Assembly (NCBI GenBank): GCA_017617725.1
Contig: JAFZVR010000030.1
Coordinates: 1-56,625, forward strand
DNA length: 56,625 bases
DNA from: Prevotella sp.
Lineage (GTDB): Bacteria; Bacteroidota; Bacteroidia; Bacteroidales; Bacteroidaceae
Reading direction: 5' to 3'
Of this stretch, positions 47,208 through 56,625 are shown in pieces. Each line of letters begins with the position of its first letter. The first letter of the stretch is position 1. The notes beneath the pieces were generated by a model. The model saw only the letters and a program-made list of their open reading frames with translations, ran no database searches and was not told the origin of the DNA. Position numbers and translations under genes: made by a program.

Positions 47208-48404
47208 ATGGACTATCAAGAGAAAATAGCATTGTTGCGACAGCGCCATGAGGCACTGCTGGCACGTAAGAATGAGCCTGTGAACAATGGGCGTTCTGAC
47301 CTCGACACACTGACATTCCAGGAGAATGGTATCTACGAGAAATATAAATATCCCATCCTGACGGCTGAGCACACACCATTGGAGTGGCGTTATGACTTCT
47401 GTGAGAAGGACAACCCCTTCCTTATGCAGCGTATCATGATTAATGCCGTGCTTAATGCCGGTGCCATCAAACTTGACGGACGCTATCTGTTGGTATGCCG
47501 TGTGGAGGGAGCTGACCGCAAGTCGTTCTTTGCTGTTGCCGAGTCACCAAACGGTATCGATAACTGGCGTTTCTGGGATGAACCCATCACAATGCCTGAT
47601 GGTGACAATCTGCCAGCCACGAATGTATATGATATGCGTATCACACAGCATGAAGACGGATGGATATACGGAATCTTCTGTGTGGAGCGTCATGATGAGA
47701 CAAAGCCGTTTGATACATCTGCTGCTACAGCTAAGGCAGGAATAGCACGTACCAAGGATCTTATTCATTGGGAACGGTTGCAGGATCTTTCTACACTCTG
47801 TCAACAGCGTAATGTGGTACTGCACCCTGAGTTCGTAGAGGGAAAGTACGCCCTCTATACTCGTCCACAGGACGGTTTCATTGATACAGGCAAGGGTGGT
47901 GGTATCGGTTGGACACTCGTGGATGATATTACCCATGCGGAAGTTCGCAACGAACGAATTATCTTTGGGCGCCAGTATCATACTATTTACGAGGTGAAGA
48001 ACGGTGAAGGTCCTCATCCGCTGAAGACAGACAAGGGATGGCTGCATCTGGCTCATGGCGTGCGCAATACCGCTGATGGCCTGCGCTATGTTCTGTATAT
48101 GTATATGACGGCACTCGATGACCCAACACGTGTCATTGCACGTCCCGGAGGTTTCTTCCTTGTTCCAGAAGCACAGGAATATCTCGGTGATGTGATGAAT
48201 GTGGCTTTTGCCAACGGATGGATAAAGGATGATGACGGTCGCGTACTCATATACTACGCTTCTGCCGACACCCGTCTGCATGTGGCTGTGAGCAGTATCG
48301 ACAGACTCGTTGACTACTGCATGAACACTCCAGAGGACGGATTCACCACAGGTGCCAGTGTGGAGACGATAAAGAAAATGGTAGCTAAGAACAGAAATCT
48401 CTAA
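47208..48404 (+). CDS. GH130 4-O-beta-D-mannosyl-D-glucose phosphorylase
   Basis: [45 protein letters not shown] and KNGEGPHP motifs; start moved to ATG 47208. Confidence 0.92.
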   Translation: MDYQEKIALLRQRHEALLARKNEPVNNGRSDLDTLTFQENGIYEKYKYPILTAEHTPLEWRYDFCEKDNPFLMQRIMINAVLNAGAIKLDGRYLLVCRVEGADRKSFFAVAESPNGIDNWRFWDEPITMPDGDNLPATNVYDMRITQHEDGWIYGIFCVERHDETKPFDTSAATAKAGIARTKDLIHWERLQDLSTLCQQRNVVLHPEFVEGKYALYTRPQDGFIDTGKGGGIGWTLVDDITHAEVRNERIIFGRQYHTIYEVKNGEGPHPLKTDKGWLHLAHGVRNTADGLRYVLYMYMTALDDPTRVIARPGGFFLVPEAQEYLGDVMNVAFANGWIKDDDGRVLIYYASADTRLHVAVSSIDRLVDYCMNTPEDGFTTGASVETIKKMVAKNRNL

Positions 48405-48415
48405 TTCATCGGATA

Positions 48416-49712
48416 ATGTTGAAAGGTATGTCAATAGAATCGTTGAAGACATCGGTTCGAACAGTGCTCGAAGACAACATCCTGAGATTCTGGATTGATA
48501 AGATGCAGGATGATGAGAACGGAGGCTTTTATGGACGGATTGACGGACATAACAAGCTCCATCCGGAGGCTGACAAAGGAGCTATTTTAAATGCTCGTAT
48601 CCTCTGGACCTTCTCGGCAGCCTATCGGGTGCTGAAAGAGTCGAGAGTCGAGGGTCGAGGAATACCTGGAGATGGCAACGAGGGCAAAGGAGTATTTTCT
48701 TGCCCACTTCATCGACTATGAATATGGTGGTGTCTATTGGAGTGTTGATTATAAAGGACAACCGAAGGATACAAAGAAACAGTTCTATGCCATAGGTTTT
48801 GCTATCTATGGCCTCTCGGAGTATGCACGTGCCACAGGTGACCGTGAGGCTCTCGAATATGCACTTCAGTTGTATGAATGTATTGAGGAACACGCCTTCG
48901 ACCGTGAATATAATGGTTACATCGAGGCATGTACACGTGACTGGCAACCGATAGCTGACATGCGTCTCTCTGAGTTCGATGCTAACTATCCTAAGTCACA
49001 GAATACCCACCTTCATATCATAGAGCCTTATACCAACCTGTATCGCTGCATCCGTGAAATGCAGGCGGCAAGTACTTGTGACTATGTGCCTATGTTAGGA
49101 TCTGTCCTGCCTGTTGACATTGTTGTTCCAATGGAAACACTTGCTCGTGTTGAGGCTTCCCTCCGTAATCTCATCACTATATTCACAGATAAGATTCTGA
49201 ATCCAGAGACACACCATCTTGACCTCTTCTTTGAGATGGACTGGACAAGAGGGGGCGGACAGTTAGAGAGCTATGGACATGATATAGAGTGCTCGTGGCT
49301 GATGCATGAGACAGCACTTGTTCTTGGCGACAAGAAGGTGCTCGAAAAGGTGGAGCCAATAGTGAAGATCGTAGCGGAAGCATCAGAAAAAGGAATTCTC
49401 GAAAATGGTGCGATGATACATGAGGCTAATCTCACGAAGGGAACTGTCGATGATGACATCCATTGGTGGGTACAGGCAGAGAATATCGTGGGCTGGATTA
49501 ATATCTATCAGCATTTCGGAGATGCCTCTGCACTTGACAAAGCCTTGCGCTGTTGGCAATATACTAAAGATAACCTTATCGACAACGATAATGGGGAGTG
49601 GTACTGGAGTCGCCATAAGGATGGTTCTCTTAATACCACTGATGACAAGGCTGGATTCTGGAAATGTCCATATCACAACGGCCGTATGTGTCTTGAGATA
49701 ATTGAACGTTGA
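48416..49712 (+). pseudogene. Cellobiose/mannobiose 2-epimerase (AGE family), split by a frameshift in a heptamer repeat
   Basis: KGAILNARILWTFSAAY in frame 1 continues as EYLEMATRAKEY..KSQNTHLH..SYGHDIE..WWVQAE..WKCPYHNGR in frame 2; junction (AG(A/G)GTCG)3 at 48637-48657. Confidence 0.88.
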
Positions 49713-49752
49713 AAAATAGATTCCATAATCCATAACCTTTTAATATAGAACT

Positions 49753-50727
49753 ATGAAACCATATAAATTCCAACCATATCTGAAGACCACTATCTGGGGT
49801 GGATATCAGATAGCACCATTTAAAGGTATCTACAATGCTCAGCCAAATGTGGGCGAGAGCTGGGAAATTAGTGGAGTGCCAGGTCATGAGAGTGTAGCAA
49901 TAAACCGTGGTCTTATCAATGACGTTGATGAGGGCTTGACACTTGTTGAACTCATTGATAAATACAAGGGACTGCTTGTTGGCGAGAAGATATACAAGCG
50001 GTTCGGAAACCAGTTTCCGTTGTTAGTGAAATTCATCGACTCACGACAGGATCTGTCTGTGCAGGTACACCCGAATGACAAGTTAGCGATGGAGCGTCAC
50101 GGCTGTGCTGGCAAGACAGAGATGTGGTATGTCATCAAGAGCGATGTGGGCTCGAAGATATATGCAGGACTGTCGAAGAGCATCACTCCGGAGGAGTATG
50201 AGCAATTGGCAACGGCAGAACCTGTCAATGGACGCTCACCGATGCAGGATGTAATTGCCACTCATGAGGCACATGAGGGTGACCTATATTTCCTTCCTGC
50301 CGGTCGTCTGCATGCTATCGGTGCCGGTAACTTCCTTGCCGAGATACAGCAGACTTCAGATGTAACCTATAGAGTATATGACTTCGGTCGCAAGGATGCT
50401 CACGGCAATCCGCGTGAACTACATGTTGAACAAGCGAAGGATGCCATCGACTATCAGGTGTGGCCGGAGTATCGTACATCATACGATAGTACGAAACCGA
50501 CGTCACAACTAATCAATTGTCCCCATTTCATCGTGCATCGTGTCGTCGTGCAGGTCGCTCAACAGATAGATTTCCACAGTGACTCCTTCGTCATTGTTGT
50601 GTGTCTGTGGGGCGAGGCCAATATCAATGGCATAAGCATCAAGCAGGGTGAGACTATCCTTGTGCCTGCATGTGAGAATATACTGTATATCTTTGGTAAT
50701 GCCACATTCCTGACGGCAACAATGTGA
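49753..50727 (+). CDS. manA: Mannose-6-phosphate isomerase, class I
   Basis: IWGG, GESWEIS, FPLLVKFID, LSVQVHP, KTEMWY and EIQQTSD motifs. Confidence 0.93.
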   Translation: MKPYKFQPYLKTTIWGGYQIAPFKGIYNAQPNVGESWEISGVPGHESVAINRGLINDVDEGLTLVELIDKYKGLLVGEKIYKRFGNQFPLLVKFIDSRQDLSVQVHPNDKLAMERHGCAGKTEMWYVIKSDVGSKIYAGLSKSITPEEYEQLATAEPVNGRSPMQDVIATHEAHEGDLYFLPAGRLHAIGAGNFLAEIQQTSDVTYRVYDFGRKDAHGNPRELHVEQAKDAIDYQVWPEYRTSYDSTKPTSQLINCPHFIVHRVVVQVAQQIDFHSDSFVIVVCLWGEANINGISIKQGETILVPACENILYIFGNATFLTATM

Positions 50728-50835
50728 GGGCCTTGACGACTTCAGAAAATTGAAATAAACAATGTATTTCCTTGGGTAAGTCGTAGGATTATTACTAACT
50801 TTGCAGAAATATCGAAACATAAAAAACTAACATAT

Positions 50836-52182
50836 ATGGCAAAAGTAAAGTTAATCGAGAAATTAGGCTATGCAATGGGTGATGCCGCTGCCGGTGGTAT
50901 CACATGGAAGGTGATGTCGATAGCATTCCCGCTGTTTTTTACAAATGTGTTCGGATTGACCATTGCTGATACAGCGACGCTTATGCTTATTGCACGTATG
51001 TTCGACGTAGTTACAGACCCGTTGATGGGTAGTCTTGCTGACCGTACGCAAAGCCGGTGGGGCACTTACCGTCCGTGGCTGCTCTTCGGAGCTGTACCGA
51101 TGGGAGTAATCTTCGCATTGCTGCTCTATACTCCTGACTTCGGTCCAGTAGGTAAGCGTATCTGGGCTTATAGCCTTTATCTCATGATGATGGTGGCATA
51201 TACGGCAGTGAACGTACCTTACGGCTCGTTGTTAGGTGTCATGACCGACGATGACGACGAGAAGAACCAGTTCTCGAGCTTCCGTATGGTTGGTGCCTAT
51301 GCGATGGGATTCATCACATTGCTCAGCTTCCCGTATCTGCAGAAGCTGGTAGGGGGTACACCACAGCATCAGTATGCAGTCCTTGGCGCTTTCTTCGGTT
51401 TTCTTGCTACTGCCGGCACATTAGCCTGTGCCCTTCTCACTAAAGAGCGTCTAAAGCCTGTCCGTGCGGAGAAATTCTCGATGAAGCCGTTTGCAGACCT
51501 GTTCCGTAATAAGCCCTGGGTAGTGCTTACGCTTGTTGGTATCGGCATGAACTTCTTCAACGGTTTCCGTTATGCCGTTGCAGGCTATTTGTTTGAATAC
51601 TGTCTGCATGGTGACGTGACAGTCAGCGGACTGATAATCAACTACACTGTGTTTATGACTTTCGGTGAGTTGACGTGTATGGTATTTGGAGGTGTTTCTC
51701 CAGCTTTCACCCGATGGATTGGGAGTAAACGGAAGGCTTTCACCGTTGCATTGGTTGGCTGCCTTGTCTGCTCTATAGCTTATTTCTTCATCCCTATGGA
51801 TCCTGCCTATATCTGGGTAATGGTGGCTGTAGTGATACTGACATCTGTTGGCATTGGTCTGTTCTCGCCGCTGTTGTGGTCTATGTATGCTGATGTTGCT
51901 GACTATGCAACAGAGAAGAATGGTACCTCTTCTACAGGAGTGATCTTCTCATCAGGTACGATGGCCCAGAAATTCGGTACAGCTATTAGCGGCTCACTGG
52001 TAGCGCTTTTCCTTGGTATCGCAGGCTTCGTGTCTGGTACAGATGCCAATGGCCAAACGGTTATCACCATCACTGACGAGGAGTCTGTACGCTCGATGAT
52101 ATGGGCTTTATTCTCACTGTTCCCGGCTGTCATCGCTGTCATTATGATAGGACTGCTACGCATCTATCCGATAAAAAAGTAG
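50836..52182 (+). CDS. GPH/MFS sugar:cation symporter (probably for mannobiose or mannosyl-glucose)
   Basis: EKLGYAMGD, DPLMGSLADRTQSRWGTYRPW, NVPYGSL and ADVADY motifs; about 12 TM; preceded by TAACTTTG at 50796. Confidence 0.9.
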   Translation: MAKVKLIEKLGYAMGDAAAGGITWKVMSIAFPLFFTNVFGLTIADTATLMLIARMFDVVTDPLMGSLADRTQSRWGTYRPWLLFGAVPMGVIFALLLYTPDFGPVGKRIWAYSLYLMMMVAYTAVNVPYGSLLGVMTDDDDEKNQFSSFRMVGAYAMGFITLLSFPYLQKLVGGTPQHQYAVLGAFFGFLATAGTLACALLTKERLKPVRAEKFSMKPFADLFRNKPWVVLTLVGIGMNFFNGFRYAVAGYLFEYCLHGDVTVSGLIINYTVFMTFGELTCMVFGGVSPAFTRWIGSKRKAFTVALVGCLVCSIAYFFIPMDPAYIWVMVAVVILTSVGIGLFSPLLWSMYADVADYATEKNGTSSTGVIFSSGTMAQKFGTAISGSLVALFLGIAGFVSGTDANGQTVITITDEESVRSMIWALFSLFPAVIAVIMIGLLRIYPIKK

Positions 52183-52186
52183 GAGG

Positions 52187-52322
52187 TTCCGACTATGTAA
52201 CAAGGAGCTTCCGAGTGTCTCGTAATATTGTTCCTACCCGGGTGGGAATACTTGTTTCTGACGGGTCGGAAGCTTTTTCCCTGCCCGGTCGTGAACTTTT
52301 TCCGACGGGGGTCGGAATGTTT
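52187..52322. repeat. Array of about 6 degenerate TTCCGAC-N-GTCGGAA palindromes at 22-24 bp period
   Basis: Units start at 52187, 52209, 52231, 52255, 52277 and 52300. Confidence 0.7.
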
Positions 52323-52411
52323 TTCGTTCACAATTATTATATTGACTTCACTCGCCACAAAGTGCGGATTTTAACTAAAAAATAGCGAGTGCATGCTCCC
52401 AAATTTGGGGT

Positions 52412-52510
52412 AATTCCTCACTCTCTCACTCATCTCTCACTTGCCAGAATGCCGATGTACAAAGGGCACAAGGCATAAGGCGTGAGGGGTGAGGGATTTT
52501 TTGAAAAAAA
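52412..52510. repeat. Diverged half copy of the 19584-19820 element
   Basis: Reverse complement TTTTTCAAAAAATC...GTGAGAGATGAGTGAGAGAGTGA aligns with TTTTTCAAAAACATC...GTGACAGATAAGTGACAGATGTGA. Confidence 0.55.
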
Positions 52511-52839
52511 ATTCATGATATTCAACGTTCAATGGTCAATGTTCAATTACTGCTGGTGAGGGTCGAGAGTAAGCTGTGAATTATTCACAGGTGATGGTAT
52601 ATTTCCGCTTACTTCTCAATTGCTTCGATGCGTGGCTTGGGCATCTTGCAAAGCAAAAAAGTTTTTTTTTGAAAAAAAAGATTAATTTGTTTTGTATTTA
52701 TTAATAAGGTTGTATATTTGCAAGGTGGTAGCTACTATTGTATCGCATATAGTTCTATTACATAGAAAAACACAGAGAAAACACGTCGAAAAACATTTTT
52801 GTTTATATATACCTTAATATTAACTAAAACCTAACAATT

Positions 52840-55800
52840 ATGAAGTACAAACTATTTTATGTTTCGCTTCTGAGCATGATTGCTATGCTGTTTGTTGGGG
52901 GCACACAGAGTGCTTTTGCTGAAAAAATTACAGCAACGCTCTCTGGAGAAGCCATGATAATCGGTGAACAGCCAGGAACAAGCTATACTGATTATCTGAC
53001 TAATGGTGCCACTGATGATAAGGGCAACGTTTATTATGGACGTTGGTGTTATCAGAAAAACAGCAGCTATTATTACATGCTCCAGCTGAAGAAAGCTGAG
53101 TCTTCAACAGCTTCAAGAATCAATCTGCCAAAGTATCCTGGTACTTTGCAGAAAATCACTTTGACGGTGACTAATACTAGTTCAACAGCTAGCAATGGTA
53201 CAGGCGCTAAGGCTGTCGTAGCTGTAGTCAACAGTACTACCTATTCTCTTAACGCGGCTAAAGCGAATAAGATTCTTGAATCTGGTTCTTCAAGTACGGA
53301 ACAGACGTCTTATGTCTTCGATTTCACCACATTAAATGAGACATATGACGGAGAAGGTCTTTACATTACCGGAATCGACGGAAATGCCTATCGTGTTTGG
53401 GAAATTAAAGCTGAATACGAAACATCTGCCACATCTGAACCTGCGACTACTCACACCGCTACATTCGTCAATACAGACAATTGGACGGATGTGTATGCTT
53501 ACACATGGACAGGTGAGGTTCATCAACTTGGTGACTGGCCAGGAACAAAACTGGAGAAGAGCAGCACCAAGGTTATCTACGGTGTGACATACGATGTCTA
53601 TACCGTAAGCATTGATACCGAGGATGCTCCGGAGAAGATTATCTTCAACAATTATTCGGGGGCGCAAACTGCTGACCTTGACTTTGAAGAGAATAAGGAG
53701 TATATGGGCTTAACAGAGCCTGTAGCTCCAGCTGGTTGGACAGTAGCAGGTAGTGCGGATATTTTTGGTACCGCATGGGACCTCAGTGCAACAGACAATG
53801 ATATGACAGAGGGCGACGGCAACGTTTGGACTCTGACAAAGACTGATGTGCAACTCTCACGTGGCACATACGAGTACAAGGTGGCTAAGGACCATGCTTG
53901 GACAGAGAGCTATCCTGCAAACAATGCAACAATCTCTATCACTGAGGCAGGTAAGTACGATATAACCTTCACATTCAACAGTGAGACGAAGGCTGTAGAT
54001 GCTGAGGCTACACTGACTCAGAGCTTAGAGCAGACGTTCACCGCTACATTTGTAAATACAGACAAATGGACGGATGTATATGCTTACACTTGGAGTGCAG
54101 GAACTACAGCAGAGATTAAACAGCTCGGAGAATGGCCAGGAACAAAACTGGAGCAAAGCAGCACCAAGGAGATTTACGGGGAGACATACGATGTCTATTC
54201 TGTAAGCATCAAGGATGAGGCTGCTCCAGAGAAGATTATCTTCAATAACGGCTCTGATGGTGACGGCAATCAGACAGCTGACCAAGCCTTCGAAGATAAT
54301 AAGGAGTACATGGGAGTCACCGTTCCACAGGAGCCATTAGGCGATGTATATTACCAGAAGGTTACTTCTACAGCCGACATCACTAACGGAGAGTACCTTA
54401 TTGTATATGAGGGTGACGATACCCATGATGCAGTAGCATTCAATGGTGCTTTAACAACATTGGACGCTGTAGGCAATGGCGTAGGAGTGTCAATTATTGA
54501 GGACAAGATTCCACAATCTGAAGCTCGTGATGCTGCGTTGTTCACCATTGATACTACAGCAGGTACACTGAAGAGTGCTTCCGGTTTCTATATTGGTGTG
54601 AGTGCAAACTCAAACGGTCTTGCTCAGAGCGATGAGGCAACAACTTACACCAACTCGTTCAGCATAGAAGAAGGAAATGCTGTTATAGCTGCTGTCTTTG
54701 ATGGTAGTATAATGTCTCTGAGATATAATTACTCATCAAATAATGGCCTCCGCTTCCGTTATTACAAGAATGCAGGACAGAAGCCTATCGCTCTCTACAA
54801 GAAGGTAGACCCGAATGCTCAACCTGTAACTAATACTTACACCGCTACATTCACAACGAATGCCGGTTGGGAGAAGGTTTATGCATACGTATTTGCTGAC
54901 GATGCTCCTATCGATGGCGTAGAATGGCCAGGTGATGAGATGACTAAGGAAGGCGATGTTTATACATACTCTGCAAAGCTGACAAAGGCTCCTACAGGAA
55001 TCGTCTTCAATAATGGTCTTGAAGGTGACGCTAAGCAACAGACCGAGGACCTCGAGTTCGTTAACGGTAAGGCTTACGAATACACAATTGCTGAGAATGT
55101 AACTTGGACAATTGCAGGTAGTGCAAAGGGAATCTTCGGTGAGAAATGGTGCTTTGAACCAGAAGCTACTGCCAACGAGATGGAGAATGCCAGTGGCGGT
55201 CATATATGGAAGAAGACCTTTACAGACAAGGTTGTTGCCAAGGGCACTGTTTACTACGGTGTATTCAAGAACCACGGTACGGATGAGTTCTATCCTACGA
55301 CACTCGATCCTGAGAATTTGCAAGGTACAGCTGAACAGCTGACTATCGATGAAACCGCTCGTTATGATGTGGTATTTACATTCGATGATTATTCTCATCA
55401 GTTGAATGCCAGTGCAGAGAAGGTTGGTGAATATGCAATCACTTCTTATATAGTCAATGGTAATAGCAACGAATTGTTCAACGGCGACCTTGCACTGGAG
55501 CAGACAGGTGAAGGCGTATGGACTGGAACTATTAAGGAAAAGCAGTTAAGTGTTGGAAAGATAAAGTTCTCTGCTAAGGCTAATGGTGAGGACTTACTCA
55601 GCTATGAAGGAAGTCTTACTATCGAGGAATCAGGTAAATATGACGTTACCTTTACTCTTACTGAGGCTACGGGTACTCTGACAGCTGAGGCTACTCCATG
55701 GGTGGCTCCTACACTCACAGGTGTATTCATTAAGGGTGGCACTGGTAATGACTGGACAGATCCATTCGAGTGGAAACTCACTGCAAGCGATGCTGCAGCT

Positions 55801-56625
55801 TTGTATGTTCTTGCAGAGAAGGAAGTGACAGCTAACACTGAGTTCAAGGTTTATGCTACGTTCAGCGATGAAAGTGTGAAGTGGCTGAGCCCTGCAAGTG
55901 ATGGCAAGTTCCTCGTAAATGCAGAACAACTTGACAAGGAGCTTGCACTTGGTGAGAACAATCCTAACCTGTACTTCGAGAAGGCTGGTAAGTTCACCTT
56001 CACGGTGAAGGCTGACCTGAGTGCTCTCACTATTACAGGTGAGTTTGCTGAGGAGCCCGGTCCGGAGCAGAACACCTACACAGCAACCTTCGTGAATACA
56101 GGCAAGTGGGAGAATGTTTATGCATACACTTGGACTAATGTTGATGAGGGTAATCCAACCCAGCAGCTTGGTGCATGGCCAGGAACTCAGCTTGCAAAGG
56201 TTGAAGGCGAAGGTGCTAAGAAGATCATCGACGAAGTAGAGTATGATGTATATGCAGTTACAATTGAGGCTGAGGCAGCTCCTGCAAACATCATCTTCCA
56301 CAACAACGCCGGTACACAGACCGAAAACCTTGTCTTTGTAAACGAGAATGAATACAGCTATACTGTAGAGCCACAGCCTGATGAGCCTACACTCACAGGT
56401 GTCAGCATTAAGGGCGGCCTCAATGGTGACTGGGATGAGGGCGCATTCGAATGGGAACTCAGAAAAAGCCCAGTAGCTGGAGAGTATGTTCTCGCAGATC
56501 AGGAAGTAGCAGCTAACACAGAATTCAAGGTTTATGCTAAGTACAGCGATGAAAGCGTGAAGTGGCTGAGCCCTGAAAGTGACGGTAAGTTCCTCGTAAG
56601 TGCAGAGCAACTCGATAAGGAGCTC
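52840..56625 (+). CDS. Giant secreted multimodular starch-binding protein (at least 4 CBM26-like plus X25/SusE-like repeats); 3' end outside window
   Basis: Read by hand: MKYKLFYVSLLSMIAMLFVGGTQSAFA signal, open for 1262 codons to the window end; repeats TATFVNT..W..VYAYTW..WPGT...IIF.N..QT.D and WTVAGS..FGTAWD..NDMT..YKVAKDHAW; not in ORF track. Confidence 0.82.
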   Translation, partial: MKYKLFYVSLLSMIAMLFVGGTQSAFAEKITATLSGEAMIIGEQPGTSYTDYLTNGATDDKGNVYYGRWCYQKNSSYYYMLQLKKAESSTASRINLPKYPGTLQKITLTVTNTSSTASNGTGAKAVVAVVNSTTYSLNAAKANKILESGSSSTEQTSYVFDFTTLNETYDGEGLYITGIDGNAYRVWEIKAEYETSATSEPATTHTATFVNTDNWTDVYAYTWTGEVHQLGDWPGTKLEKSSTKVIYGVTYDVYTVSIDTEDAPEKIIFNNYSGAQTADLDFEENKEYMGLTEPVAPAGWTVAGSADIFGTAWDLSATDNDMTEGDGNVWTLTKTDVQLSRGTYEYKVAKDHAWTESYPANNATISITEAGKYDITFTFNSETKAVDAEATLTQSLEQTFTATFVNTDKWTDVYAYTWSAGTTAEIKQLGEWPGTKLEQSSTKEIYGETYDVYSVSIKDEAAPEKIIFNNGSDGDGNQTADQAFEDNKEYMGVTVPQEPLGDVYYQKVTSTADITNGEYLIVYEGDDTHDAVAFNGALTTLDAVGNGVGVSIIEDKIPQSEARDAALFTIDTTAGTLKSASGFYIGVSANSNGLAQSDEATTYTNSFSIEEGNAVIAAVFDGSIMSLRYNYSSNNGLRFRYYKNAGQKPIALYKKVDPNAQPVTNTYTATFTTNAGWEKVYAYVFADDAPIDGVEWPGDEMTKEGDVYTYSAKLTKAPTGIVFNNGLEGDAKQQTEDLEFVNGKAYEYTIAENVTWTIAGSAKGIFGEKWCFEPEATANEMENASGGHIWKKTFTDKVVAKGTVYYGVFKNHGTDEFYPTTLDPENLQGTAEQLTIDETARYDVVFTFDDYSHQLNASAEKVGEYAITSYIVNGNSNELFNGDLALEQTGEGVWTGTIKEKQLSVGKIKFSAKANGEDLLSYEGSLTIEESGKYDVTFTLTEATGTLTAEATPWVAPTLTGVFIKGGTGNDWTDPFEWKLTASDAAALYVLAEKEVTANTEFKVYATFSDESVKWLSPASDGKFLVNAEQLDKELALGENNPNLYFEKAGKFTFTVKADLSALTITGEFAEEPGPEQNTYTATFVNTGKWENVYAYTWTNVDEGNPTQQLGAWPGTQLAKVEGEGAKKIIDEVEYDVYAVTIEAEAAPANIIFHNNAGTQTENLVFVNENEYSYTVEPQPDEPTLTGVSIKGGLNGDWDEGAFEWELRKSPVAGEYVLADQEVAANTEFKVYAKYSDESVKWLSPESDGKFLVSAEQLDKEL

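Noticed and set aside
19200-52600. Autonomous ICE, prophage or transposon carrying the PUL
   Set aside because: No integrase, transposase, relaxase, phage gene or tRNA target is seen; only non-coding repeats.
53332-56610. Several minus-strand ORFs of up to 326 aa
   Set aside because: Antisense shadows of the long plus-strand CDS starting at 52840; the same applies to antisense ORFs over the dcw and PUL genes.

Overview
Bacteroidota (Prevotella/Xylanibacter-like) chromosomal segment with four blocks. (1) 1-11.7 kb: the end of the dcw cluster (murE partial, mraY, murD, ftsW, murG, murC, ftsQ, ftsA, ftsZ) and ddh. (2) 12-17.9 kb: type IX secretion system (T9SS) cargo for starch, namely a GH13 amylase with CBM26-like repeats and two non-catalytic starch-binding proteins, with a shared LacI-type operator; an AraC regulator and a repeat-rich intergenic region follow. 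(3) 20-52.2 kb: a beta-mannan (acetylated galacto(gluco)mannan) PUL with SusC/SusD/SGBP, three GH26 domains, GH5, GH36, three secreted multimodular CE7 esterases (one fused to GH26), a kinase-less sensor-AraC regulator (on the minus strand, mislabelled + in the ORF track), GH130, a frameshifted cellobiose 2-epimerase, ManA and a GPH symporter. (4) From 52.84 kb: a >1262 aa multi-CBM26/X25 protein that runs off the window and is absent from the ORF track. Most notable: three small MKxxYIxP...W(D/E) acidic peptides that occur only behind T9SS cargo carrying a particular pre-CTD domain (3/3 versus 0/3); a candidate PUL-coregulated sRNA; a heptamer-repeat frameshift switch in the epimerase; a motif at a fixed 31 bp spacing in four PUL promoters; an unclassified module repeated about 14 times; and several families of dispersed non-coding repeats. 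All calls come from reading motifs by eye; no searches were run.
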